From: a cyanobacterium endosymbiont of Epithemia turgida isolate EtSB Lake Yunoko
Lineage (GTDB): Bacteria > Cyanobacteriota > Cyanobacteriia > Cyanobacteriales > Microcystaceae
Assembly (NCBI RefSeq): GCF_000829235.1
Contig: NZ_AP012549.1
Span: 1-32,000, forward strand
DNA: 32,000 nucleotides
Direction of reading: 5' to 3'
The notes under the pieces are model-generated. The model saw only the letters and a program-made list of their open reading frames with translations, had not been told where the DNA came from and did not search any database. Numbering within the stretch: the stretch's first letter is position 1; each line of letters starts with the position of its first letter. The position numbers and the translations under genes are program-made. This document shows, piece by piece, positions 20,415 to 29,596 of the stretch.

Positions 20415-20907
20415 GAACTATTAACTATTCACTATAGTAGCTATATCCTTAGGTATTTTTACGGTTACATTTTTCTATAATTTCAGTGGAATTATTTCTA
20501 AGTAATTAAAGACTTTTGAATCAAAATAATATACCTACCCCAATTTAATCTATTACGATACTGTAAAGCATCTCCGTTGACAATGGATAAGAGTGTCAAC
20601 CCCCCCTCCCCAAAATGCTACCGCCTGCCTTATTTGTTGCATCAGCAAATCCTCCCAAACATGGAATTAGCTGGTCTTCTTATCCATCCAAAGATATCCA
20701 CTTGAATAATAGTCCTAAATATATTTACCCTAAAAAAACCGAAGAGAACTAAGCAACATGCTATCATAATCGCTTTCTCTATAGCTGTATAGGTTTCTTC
20801 GGCTTTAAGCTGACCCGAGACAACAGCACTAGAATAGTTCACGGTTAATGTAAAATCTAGTCAAAAATAAAGAAAAATAAAGTTTAAAAATATAGAAAAA
20901 ATATAAA

Positions 20908-21888
20908 TTATGAAAAAATAATTTGAGATCCTGGGACATTTATTTTGACTGAAAGTACCTCATGGTGAGTAAAAGTTTGCTTTAGGTTTTCATGTGATTC
21001 TGGAGGTGCAAAAAACAACATAAACCCTCCTGCCCCTGCACCTAGTAGTTTACCACCCCAAGCCCCTGATTCTCGACCTAATTTATAAAGATTATCAATT
21101 TCTGGGTTAGAAATTATGGTATCTAAACTGCGTTTGGCTATCCATGCCTGATGTAATAATTCTCCAAAAGCTGATAAGGGTTGATTAGTGGTTAAAATAT
21201 CCCATCCTTGGTCAACCATTTTCCGCATTTTTTTAAGAGTATCGGTATTATCAGCGACCCGTTTTAACTGCTTAGCCACCACTTGAGATGCTTTGCGTTT
21301 GATTCCAGTAAAAACAATAAAAATATGAGATTCAAACTCCGCTAATCTTTGGGAAGATAGGGGAATTCTAGTGACAATTATATCTTCTTCAGTCCTAAAC
21401 TCTACTAAGTTAAATCCCCCCATCGCTGCCATTAATTGATCTTGACATCCTACACAATCTTTAACTAAATAGCGTTCTACATAAATGGCTTCATAAGCTA
21501 AATCTAATGGCTTCACAAATTCCCCTTTAAAACTATGCAGTGCTTGGAGTAAAGATACGGTAAAAGCAGAAGAAGAGCCCAACCCTGTAAACGCCGGTAA
21601 GTCAGCTACATTATGCAACTCAATATCTTTTTCTAAACCACAGAATTTTAAACATTGTTGATAAACATTATGCTCTAATTCATCAACAGTTTTAACCAAT
21701 TCTACTTTTCGGTAAGACACCCGAATTAAATAATCGAACAAATGACTAGGAAAGGGAGTTGCTGTAACATAAGAGTACTTATCAATTGAAGTTGCTAATA
21801 TTGCACCTCCATGCTGGAGAAAATACTCAGGATAATCGGTTCCTCCGCCAAAAAAACTAATTCTAACTGGTGCGCGTGAAATTAGCAT
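20908..21888 (-). CDS. GHMP-family sugar kinase, HddA-like (D-glycero-D-manno-heptose 7-phosphate kinase type)
   Basis: 326 aa. N-terminus MLISRAPVRISFFGGGTDYPEYFLQHGGAILATSIDKYSYV and GHMP motif PAFTGLGSSSAF. The start overlaps the upstream gene's stop by 7 nt (ATGCTAA). Confidence 0.8.
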   Translation of the reverse strand: MLISRAPVRISFFGGGTDYPEYFLQHGGAILATSIDKYSYVTATPFPSHLFDYLIRVSYRKVELVKTVDELEHNVYQQCLKFCGLEKDIELHNVADLPAFTGLGSSSAFTVSLLQALHSFKGEFVKPLDLAYEAIYVERYLVKDCVGCQDQLMAAMGGFNLVEFRTEEDIIVTRIPLSSQRLAEFESHIFIVFTGIKRKASQVVAKQLKRVADNTDTLKKMRKMVDQGWDILTTNQPLSAFGELLHQAWIAKRSLDTIISNPEIDNLYKLGRESGAWGGKLLGAGAGGFMLFFAPPESHENLKQTFTHHEVLSVKINVPGSQIIFS

Positions 21889-22616
21889 GGGTTAAGTAAT
21901 TGGCTAAAGTTTTCTAGGATAAAAGCTTCTGCTTTGGGTAAAGTTTCAGGAGTTCCAATATCTAAAAATGGAGCTTTAATTTGATGAACTTTAATTAATT
22001 GTTTTTTATTGAGTAGTGCCGGAAAAACATCATATTCAAAACTTAGTGGAAATCTTGATGGAAACTTCTCTAAAACCTGATGACGAAATAAATAGACTCC
22101 GCCGTTAATAATTCCTGCACCTTGGCGTTTTTCAGCAAAACTAATAAGATTTCCCGATTTATCAACCACTAAGGAACCATAACGAGAAGTGTCTTCTACA
22201 GATACTCCTAAAATTACTACATCAACTTCATAATTATCTAAATAACTTATCATTTTGTTGAATTGTGCAACGATTAAAGAATCTCCATTCATCACTAACC
22301 AAGAATTAGAAGAAATGTTAGTCTGCTCAACTACATTAAGAAAACCGCCTGCAGTTCCTAACGGTTGCTTTTCCTGGCAACAATAAACCTCTATGTCTGG
22401 GACAGGTTGGTTTTGAAAATGCTCCTCAATTACTTCTGATAAATAACCCGTTGAGAGAATATTTTGGGTTATTCCTTGAGATTTAAGATATCTTAAAATC
22501 CACTCTAAAAAAGGTTTGTCAGCGACAGAAGCCATAGGTTTAGGAACGTTTGGAAGCAAGTGTTTAACTCGCGTTCCATACCCCCCTGCTAAAATAACTG
22601 ATGTAATCTTTCTCAT
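21882..22616 (-). CDS. Sugar-phosphate nucleotidyltransferase, HddC-like (heptose 1-phosphate guanylyltransferase type)
   Basis: 244 aa. N-terminal nucleotide-binding signature VILAGGYGTRVKHLLPNVPKPMASVADKPFLEWIL. Paired with and translationally coupled to the GHMP kinase. Confidence 0.8.
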   Translation of the reverse strand: MRKITSVILAGGYGTRVKHLLPNVPKPMASVADKPFLEWILRYLKSQGITQNILSTGYLSEVIEEHFQNQPVPDIEVYCCQEKQPLGTAGGFLNVVEQTNISSNSWLVMNGDSLIVAQFNKMISYLDNYEVDVVILGVSVEDTSRYGSLVVDKSGNLISFAEKRQGAGIINGGVYLFRHQVLEKFPSRFPLSFEYDVFPALLNKKQLIKVHQIKAPFLDIGTPETLPKAEAFILENFSQLLNPC

Positions 22617-22630
22617 ACTTCAACTACCAA

Positions 22631-23719
22631 CTAAATCACTCCACATTGTCCCTGTTGACGCAAGAGATGATCACATAAGACTAGAGCGACCATTGATTCT
22701 ACCATCGGAACAGCGCGAGGTAATACACAAGGATCATGTCTTCCTTTTGCGGACAATGTGACTTTTTGTCCTATTTTGCTCACTGTTTTTTGCTCTTTTC
22801 CAATAGTTGCTGTGGGTTTAAAAGCTACTCTAATAATGATATTTTCTCCATTACTAATTCCCCCTTGAATTCCGCCAGAACGGTTAGTCGTAGTGCGAAT
22901 TCCTCCACTTCTATCGATGTAAAATTCATCATTATGTTCACTTCCGGTCAATAAGGTCCCGGAAAACCCTGAGCCGATCTCAAACCCTTTACTCGCTGGA
23001 AGAGACATCACTCCTTTTGCCAAATCTGCTTCTAACTTATCAAAAACCGGCTGTCCGAGTCCTTTAGGAACCTGACGCGCCACACACTCAACTACCCCAC
23101 CGATAGAATTCTTGTCTCGTTGAGTTTGATTGATCAAATCAATCATTTTTTTTGCGGTTTCTTCATCAGGACAACGTACAATGTTGTTTTCTACTTCTTC
23201 TAGTGTAACTGTTGACGGATCAATGATTCCTTCAAGGTTTTTTATCCGCTTAACATAACCGACAATTTCCACATTGGCTACTTGTTTGATAATTTTTTTG
23301 GCGATTGCACCGGCGGCTACTCGCCCAATAGTTTCTCTTGCTGAAGCTCTTCCTCCTCCTTGCCAGTTACGAATTCCATACTTCGCTTCGTAGGTGGCAT
23401 CCGCATGGGAGGGACGAAACTTCATGTTCATTTCATCATAATCTTGCGATCGCGCATCCTTGTTTCTAACTAGAATAGTGATAGAAGTCCCTAGAGTTTT
23501 TCCTTCAAAAACTCCTGATATAATCTCACAGGTATCAGTTTCGTTCCGAGGGGTAGTAATTTTACTTTGGCCAGGACGGCGACGATCCAAGTCAGCCTGA
23601 ACGTCAGCTTCGGATATTTCTAAGCGTGGAGGACAACCATCAATAACGACTCCAACCCCTCCACCGTGGGACTCGCCAAAGGTGGTGATGCGAAATAAGT
23701 GTCCGAAAATATTGCCCAT
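22631..23719 (-). CDS. aroC: Chorismate synthase
   Basis: 362 aa: [62 protein letters not shown]..., plus [16 protein letters not shown]. Only 14 nt separate it from the downstream nucleotidyltransferase gene. Confidence 0.96.
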   Translation of the reverse strand: MGNIFGHLFRITTFGESHGGGVGVVIDGCPPRLEISEADVQADLDRRRPGQSKITTPRNETDTCEIISGVFEGKTLGTSITILVRNKDARSQDYDEMNMKFRPSHADATYEAKYGIRNWQGGGRASARETIGRVAAGAIAKKIIKQVANVEIVGYVKRIKNLEGIIDPSTVTLEEVENNIVRCPDEETAKKMIDLINQTQRDKNSIGGVVECVARQVPKGLGQPVFDKLEADLAKGVMSLPASKGFEIGSGFSGTLLTGSEHNDEFYIDRSGGIRTTTNRSGGIQGGISNGENIIIRVAFKPTATIGKEQKTVSKIGQKVTLSAKGRHDPCVLPRAVPMVESMVALVLCDHLLRQQGQCGVI

Positions 23720-23722
23720 AAA

Positions 23723-23769
23723 TGTCCGTTAATTAATATCTGTTAATTAATGTCTGTTAATATTAATGG
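23723..23769. repeat. Three imperfect tandem copies of a ~14-16-bp unit abutting the aroC start codon
   Basis: Plus strand: tgtccgttaattaata / tctgttaattaatg / tctgttaatattaatgg, beginning 4 nt from the aroC ATG (23719). Confidence 0.8.
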
Positions 23770-24105
23770 CTCTATTTTCTAGTTTAAAGTAGTCGATAGT
23801 CAATAAGCAAGGTAAAACGAGGTAAAAGTCACAAAACAGAAGTTAATACATAACAAATATACAGATAATAAAGAATATAAAAAATTTTTGATTTAAAAAT
23901 TTGGACACTTCTCTATAACAAAAATTCCCCTAATTTTTTAAGAAAAATTATATAAGTAATTCAAAACACTGTTCACAGACAACCGTCACATTTCTTAAAG
24001 AATTAGTATGGCTTAATAACGTTAAAATATTAGAATATAAACCAAAGTATAACTTAGGTTAAGGGCGAGAAGATCCAAATTTATTCCTCGTTTAATTTCA
24101 TAGAA

Positions 24106-26010
24106 ATGGTAAATACTTCAGTTTCACTCACCAGGAAAATATCCAAGCTAGAAGCAATTAAGGAGAAGAGTAACTTTCTAAGAGAACCTCTAGCTACAGA
24201 ACTTTTAGAAGAGACAACTCATTTTACAGAAAATGCTGTTCAAATTCTTAAATTTCATGGATCTTATCAACAGGATAACCGAGATAATCGAGTTAAAGGA
24301 CAAGAAAAAGATTATCAAATGATGTTGCGGACTCGCAATCCTGGAGGGTTTATCTCACCTGAACTTTATCTGACTCTTGATCGCCTTAGTGATGAATATG
24401 GAAACCATACCTTACGGGTGACAACACGCCAGGGATTTCAAGTTCATGGTATCTTAAAGAAGAATCTCAAAGCAGCAGTGTCAGCAATTATCAAAAACAT
24501 GGGGTCAACTCTTGGAGCTTGTGGGGACCTAAACCGCAACGTTCTAGCTCCTCCTGCACCGTTTAAAAATCGTCCTGAGTACCAATACACCTGGGAATAT
24601 GCTGATAAAATCGCTGATTTGTTCAGACCTCAAACTGAAGCCTATTATGAGATTTGGCTTGATGGAGAAAAATTTCTCAGTGCGGAAGAGTCTCCTGAAG
24701 TAGTCGCTGCCCGTCAATACAATAGTAATAAAACCATTTTTGCTGGTAAAGAAGAACCTATTTATGGGGAACATTATATGCCCCGTAAATTTAAATGTAG
24801 CGTAACTGTTCCAGGGGATAATTCCATTGATGTTTACACCCATGATGTTAGTTTAGTGGTGATGACCGACAGTCAGGGAATCCTGCAAGGATTTAACATC
24901 CTGGTAGGAGGTGGAATGGGACGCACCCATAACAAAGAAGAAACCTTTGCAAGGATAGCTGAACCCATCGGTTATGTAGCTAAAGAAGATGTTTATGATA
25001 TATTAAAAGCCATTGTTGCCACTCAACGGGATTACGGCGATCGAGTTCAACGTCGTCACGCTCGCATGAAATATCTGATTAATGACTGGGGAATAGATAA
25101 ATTTCGCGCTAAGGTTGAAGAATACTTTGGTAAATCTCTATATCCTTTCAAAACACTTCCTAAATGGAAATATCAAGACTTTTTAGGCTGGAATGAACAG
25201 GGAGATGGTCATTTATTTTTGGGAATTTCGATTGAAAATGGTCGAGTAAAAGACGAAGTAAACTTACGACTCAAAACCGCCCTACGCCGGATTACCGAAC
25301 AATTCAGGTTACCTATGCGGTTAACAGCTAACCACAACGTTATTCTCTATGAGATTGACCCTAGTCATCAAGAGGCGATTGAAGAGATTCTGCAAGATTG
25401 TGGCGTAATTACTAATCCTCAAGAAATTGATGCTTTAACCCGTTATTCGATAGCCTGTCCAGCTTTACCAACTTGCGGGTTAGCCATTACCGAATCGGAA
25501 CGCGTCCTACCTGGGATTATTGAGCGGATTAAAACAGTTTTATCTAAATTAAACATGGCATCAGAGAAAATTGTCATTCGGATGACTGGATGTCCAAACG
25601 GTTGTGCCCGTCCCTACATGGCTGAATTAGGATTTGTAGGAAGTGCACCAAACACTTACCAAATTTGGTTAGGGGGAAGTCCTAATCAAACTAACTTGGC
25701 TGAACCTTACCTCCAGAAACTACTTGACAAAAATATAGAGAAATTTTTAGAGCCTCTATTTGTCTATTTTAAGCAAGAGAAGACAGAACAAGAAAGTTTT
25801 GGTAAATTTTGTCGTCGAGTCGGCTTTAAGTCTCTAAGATCGTTTAGTGAAACTTATAAGCCTATAAAACCGCGTCGTATTCGCAAAAATCAACATCGGG
25901 TAAGTATTTCTGATAAGATGTTTGTTCAACTTAAAGCTGTATCACAGATAAACAAACAACCAATGAATAGAATTGTTCATGAAGCGTTAAAGACTTATTT
26001 TAGTCAATAA
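24106..26010 (+). CDS. sir: Assimilatory ferredoxin-sulfite reductase
   Basis: 634 aa. N-terminus [48 protein letters not shown]. Siroheme/4Fe-4S cysteine clusters are present: [11 protein letters not shown] and [10 protein letters not shown]. Confidence 0.95.
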   Translation: MVNTSVSLTRKISKLEAIKEKSNFLREPLATELLEETTHFTENAVQILKFHGSYQQDNRDNRVKGQEKDYQMMLRTRNPGGFISPELYLTLDRLSDEYGNHTLRVTTRQGFQVHGILKKNLKAAVSAIIKNMGSTLGACGDLNRNVLAPPAPFKNRPEYQYTWEYADKIADLFRPQTEAYYEIWLDGEKFLSAEESPEVVAARQYNSNKTIFAGKEEPIYGEHYMPRKFKCSVTVPGDNSIDVYTHDVSLVVMTDSQGILQGFNILVGGGMGRTHNKEETFARIAEPIGYVAKEDVYDILKAIVATQRDYGDRVQRRHARMKYLINDWGIDKFRAKVEEYFGKSLYPFKTLPKWKYQDFLGWNEQGDGHLFLGISIENGRVKDEVNLRLKTALRRITEQFRLPMRLTANHNVILYEIDPSHQEAIEEILQDCGVITNPQEIDALTRYSIACPALPTCGLAITESERVLPGIIERIKTVLSKLNMASEKIVIRMTGCPNGCARPYMAELGFVGSAPNTYQIWLGGSPNQTNLAEPYLQKLLDKNIEKFLEPLFVYFKQEKTEQESFGKFCRRVGFKSLRSFSETYKPIKPRRIRKNQHRVSISDKMFVQLKAVSQINKQPMNRIVHEALKTYFSQ

Positions 26011-28254
26011 AAATCGGGGTCAATAGAGACAGAAGATTAAATAACAAGACTTACGCTACAATTGTACTATTAGAATCAATTTGCCAATAGATACAGCCAT
26101 ACTTCATAATCACTCAAAATGCTATAAATAGACAATCTAGCTTACAACTTTACGAGGTTGGTTTTGGTCTAGGTTTAATAACTATGAGATATGCTCCTCA
26201 AGATAATACTAACTAACAAGTTCTCTCTCAAAGATGAAGGGCGAGTTAATAGTAGATGATTCTGAGCTATGACAATTAGGTTTATTTGAAATAAAAGAAG
26301 AAGGTGAGGAAGATTTTTTTACAAATTAAAGATAATTGATGAGAAAAGTTTTTACGAGATTTTGCTTCTAACCCAGATAAATTTTTCTTATGACTCAATT
26401 AGGGAAATACATTGCCAACTTTAGTTTTAATTGAATCAGTTAAAAAGTGAATGGTATTTAAATGAAGCCGATTAGATAATTAATTTTTGCTACTAAATCC
26501 CTAATTTATAGTTTTTTAAACATATAATGCATGATCAATGATTTATTATTCACTAAATTAGCCGTTATCGGTTGACAATCAACTTTGTGATATTATTCGA
26601 TTATGATATATTTTAGTTGAGTAGTTTTATGTTCTCCTAGAATAAAGACCTTATACATTAATGCCTCTATTATTGATCAACGGTTGGTATTAGTTGCAAA
26701 TCTATTCAAGAACAGACTATTGAAGAACTAGCAATTAAAAGTAACAGTTAGCTTGAATCTTATTTATAGGCTAAAGTGATTTGAGATTTAGAATAGAAAG
26801 ATAGTTTTAATTATTTAACAGAAGAAGTAGGAAATTTTTGTCTAAATGCTGTCCATATTTCTTAAAAATCTAACGGAGAATTGACTATTAGTTTATCTCA
26901 AGGAGAGTATAAGAATAATTTTTTTTAAAATAGTAGTTTGCTTAAAAAGCATACCATTATCTTAACAAATACTATTAGTCAATTATTTATTCGCTTCGAC
27001 TGTACAATCAGAATATATTAATCAATGTCTTCTTGCTAAGATAAAACAAGTTCATAGCTTAATTTGGGACGGATGGATTTCCAAATTATGGACGTTAGCC
27101 TATAACGATAGGAGAAAATCGAACTAGCTAGCTAAGTGTATCACAAAACCATAAAAACAGCTTAATTTGGTAACTAAGTTACCTGAAAACAGGTTAAATA
27201 AATTTTGCAACTAAGTGACACAGCAATTGTTGAAGATATGAATTTTAATTAGGCAGTGCTAGGATAAATTGCCGTTACCAAAATTACATATCTTATGAAA
27301 CGACATGGTGGATATTTATTAGAACTTAATATCCGCCACTATTTAAAATCACAAGGCAACATTGTTAATTTATCTCTCCGCGATACGTTAGTAAACGATG
27401 ATAAATACAATTTTTTTTAAAAAACCCATGGAACTAATAATTAAAGTCCTGCAGATCTTGCTGACTTACGTGCTCATAGTGAACGTCAGCAAAGTTTATA
27501 AAGGGATATTAAAGAATTAGGGTTTAATTATCGCTGTAAACGTTCTAATACTAGCACAAAATCTACAGATATTACGTCATGTGTTGCTGGTCAAGCTATG
27601 TTAGCAGTCTAGCAACAAAAACTCTATCAGGCTAGGTTATTCACTCGCCAAATAAAAATTTATTAGTCTCCCTGTCATGTGCTTTTAAGCTATTATAAAA
27701 ATAAACGTTATTCTCTGGTTGAGTAATATAAAAGACTTTTTTAGTTAAAATTCTAATTTACTAAGGTATTAAAATAATCTCTAAAAATATTATCATCAAA
27801 ACTGTTTTTCATCAGCTTACTATAGTAAATAGTATTAAACGTACTATTTTATCTATAAAAATACAAGGTATAAAAACCTTTTAGCAAGTCTAAGTCAATT
27901 AGAGATTAAGTATTGTAGATTTTACTTAAATAAATAAAAAATATAATACAGAAGATTATTAGTTAGACAACTCAATATTAATGAACACCTATGCAGAACA
28001 GAATGTCAATATTAATTGGACTAATAAATAAGAATACTATTGCTAGTAAATCAATCTAAGAATAGACACTGATATAAATTACACTTTAGATTTAGCCAAC
28101 CAAAACATAGTTCTATTTTCTGAAGTAAAAATACTTAGAGGGTAATAACCGTATTTATCTCTATTAAGATGGAAGTATAAAAACTGGATACAGAACTATT
28201 GAAAATAGAAAAAATAGCTAAAAATATTTAAGTAATGATTAAATAATCATAATT

Positions 28255-29034
28255 TTATCCTAAAAAATTGTTCTTCATAGCTCTGATTTTGCCAAAAACT
28301 TGTTCCGGTTCTTTTACCCCTACTATTGATTGTAAACTAACACTATCCCATCGCAAAAAAGGATTAGTTTTTTTTTCTTCTCCTAATAAAAAAGGAACGG
28401 TTGCTTGTTGTTCTTGACGCATTTTTTTTACTTGATCGAATCTCTTTTTTAAGACTTCATTATCAGGATCAACTTTTACTGCAAATTGAAGATTTTTTAA
28501 GGTATATTCGTGAGCGCACCACACACGAGTTTTATCGGGTAAATTTCGTAACTTATCTAATGAACTAACCATTTGTGCTGGATTCCCTTCAAATAACCGT
28601 CCACATCCTCCTGAGAATAAAGTATCTCCACAGAACAATTCTCCGGTATTTTCAGCTGATTCTGGGCAAAAATAGTAAGCAATATGAGCGCGAGTATGTC
28701 CAGGGACAAAGATGATTTCTCCCACCCGGTTAGCAAATTTAACGCGATCACCTTCTTTCAAGAAAACCTGTTGGTGAGGAATTCTACCCCGATCTTCTAT
28801 CCCTCCATAGACACAAAGGTTAGGAAACTTTTTAACTAAAATATTATTCGCCCCAATATGATCGCAATGATGATGGGTATTAAAAATAGCTACTAGTCGG
28901 GCTTCTAGCTCATCTAAACATCGTAAAACGGGAGTCGCTTCAGCTGGATCAACTACAGCTGCAGTATGATCAGTAGGATTATGAAGCACAAAAATATAGT
29001 TATTAGATAGGGCAGAAAGTCGTTTAATATCCAT
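28255..29034 (-). CDS. gloB: Hydroxyacylglutathione hydrolase (glyoxalase II)
   Basis: Metallo-beta-lactamase motif THHHCDHIG. Also VPGHTRAHIAYYF, CGDTLFSGGCGRLFEG and the C-terminal NPFLR motif. I place the start at ATG 29034 (MDIKRLSALSNNYIF..., the usual GloB N-terminus). The ORF is open back to ATG 29067. Confidence 0.92.
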   Translation of the reverse strand: MDIKRLSALSNNYIFVLHNPTDHTAAVVDPAEATPVLRCLDELEARLVAIFNTHHHCDHIGANNILVKKFPNLCVYGGIEDRGRIPHQQVFLKEGDRVKFANRVGEIIFVPGHTRAHIAYYFCPESAENTGELFCGDTLFSGGCGRLFEGNPAQMVSSLDKLRNLPDKTRVWCAHEYTLKNLQFAVKVDPDNEVLKKRFDQVKKMRQEQQATVPFLLGEEKKTNPFLRWDSVSLQSIVGVKEPEQVFGKIRAMKNNFLG

Positions 29035-29596
29035 AAATGATGGGTGAATTCGGCTGACATGAGTCATATTTCTTGGTCTAAAACAGATTTGTCCAACATG
29101 ATGAAAATTGTAAGAAATTTAGTTTCACAAACATGGACAATAATTGATTTAGAAATCCTTGCATTTGCATTATTTTATAAAAGACTTATCCATATTGGCA
29201 ATATTGTATTGTTCAGTATCTTAAAGGTCGATGCAATTCTTTAACGTAAAACTATTATTCACTGAAAAATCATGGATGTTATATTACTTATTTTCAATCT
29301 AACCGTACTCGTTAGATTATAGGTTAAATAAACCTAAGCTGTTGTGTTTGTAAGTACTTGTATATTACATGCTGTTCTTTGTATCATTTTTACCAAACAA
29401 ATATTTAGAATATTTTAACTATTAATAAACTAATTTTAATCATTCTTTTAGTGATTCTTATTATTCTCAACACATAGTATAAGTTTTGTAGGGTGAACAA
29501 AAATATATTAATGTACTCTTATTCAAGACACCTATTGTAATTTACTCATCTTATAGTCTTAAAGTTTCATTTGTAAAAAGTCTCCGAGAAAAATTT

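Noticed and set aside
24007-24040. NtcA-type site (GTAtggcttaaTAA) upstream of sir with a tagaat -10 box
   Set aside because: The right half-site is TAA, not TAC. The spacing to the putative -10 box is ~10 nt too short for an NtcA-activated promoter. It is likely a chance match in AT-rich DNA.
29044-29244. 66-aa plus-strand ORF overlapping the gloB 5' end
   Set aside because: AT-rich, overlaps the gloB start region on the opposite strand, and shows no homology signal.
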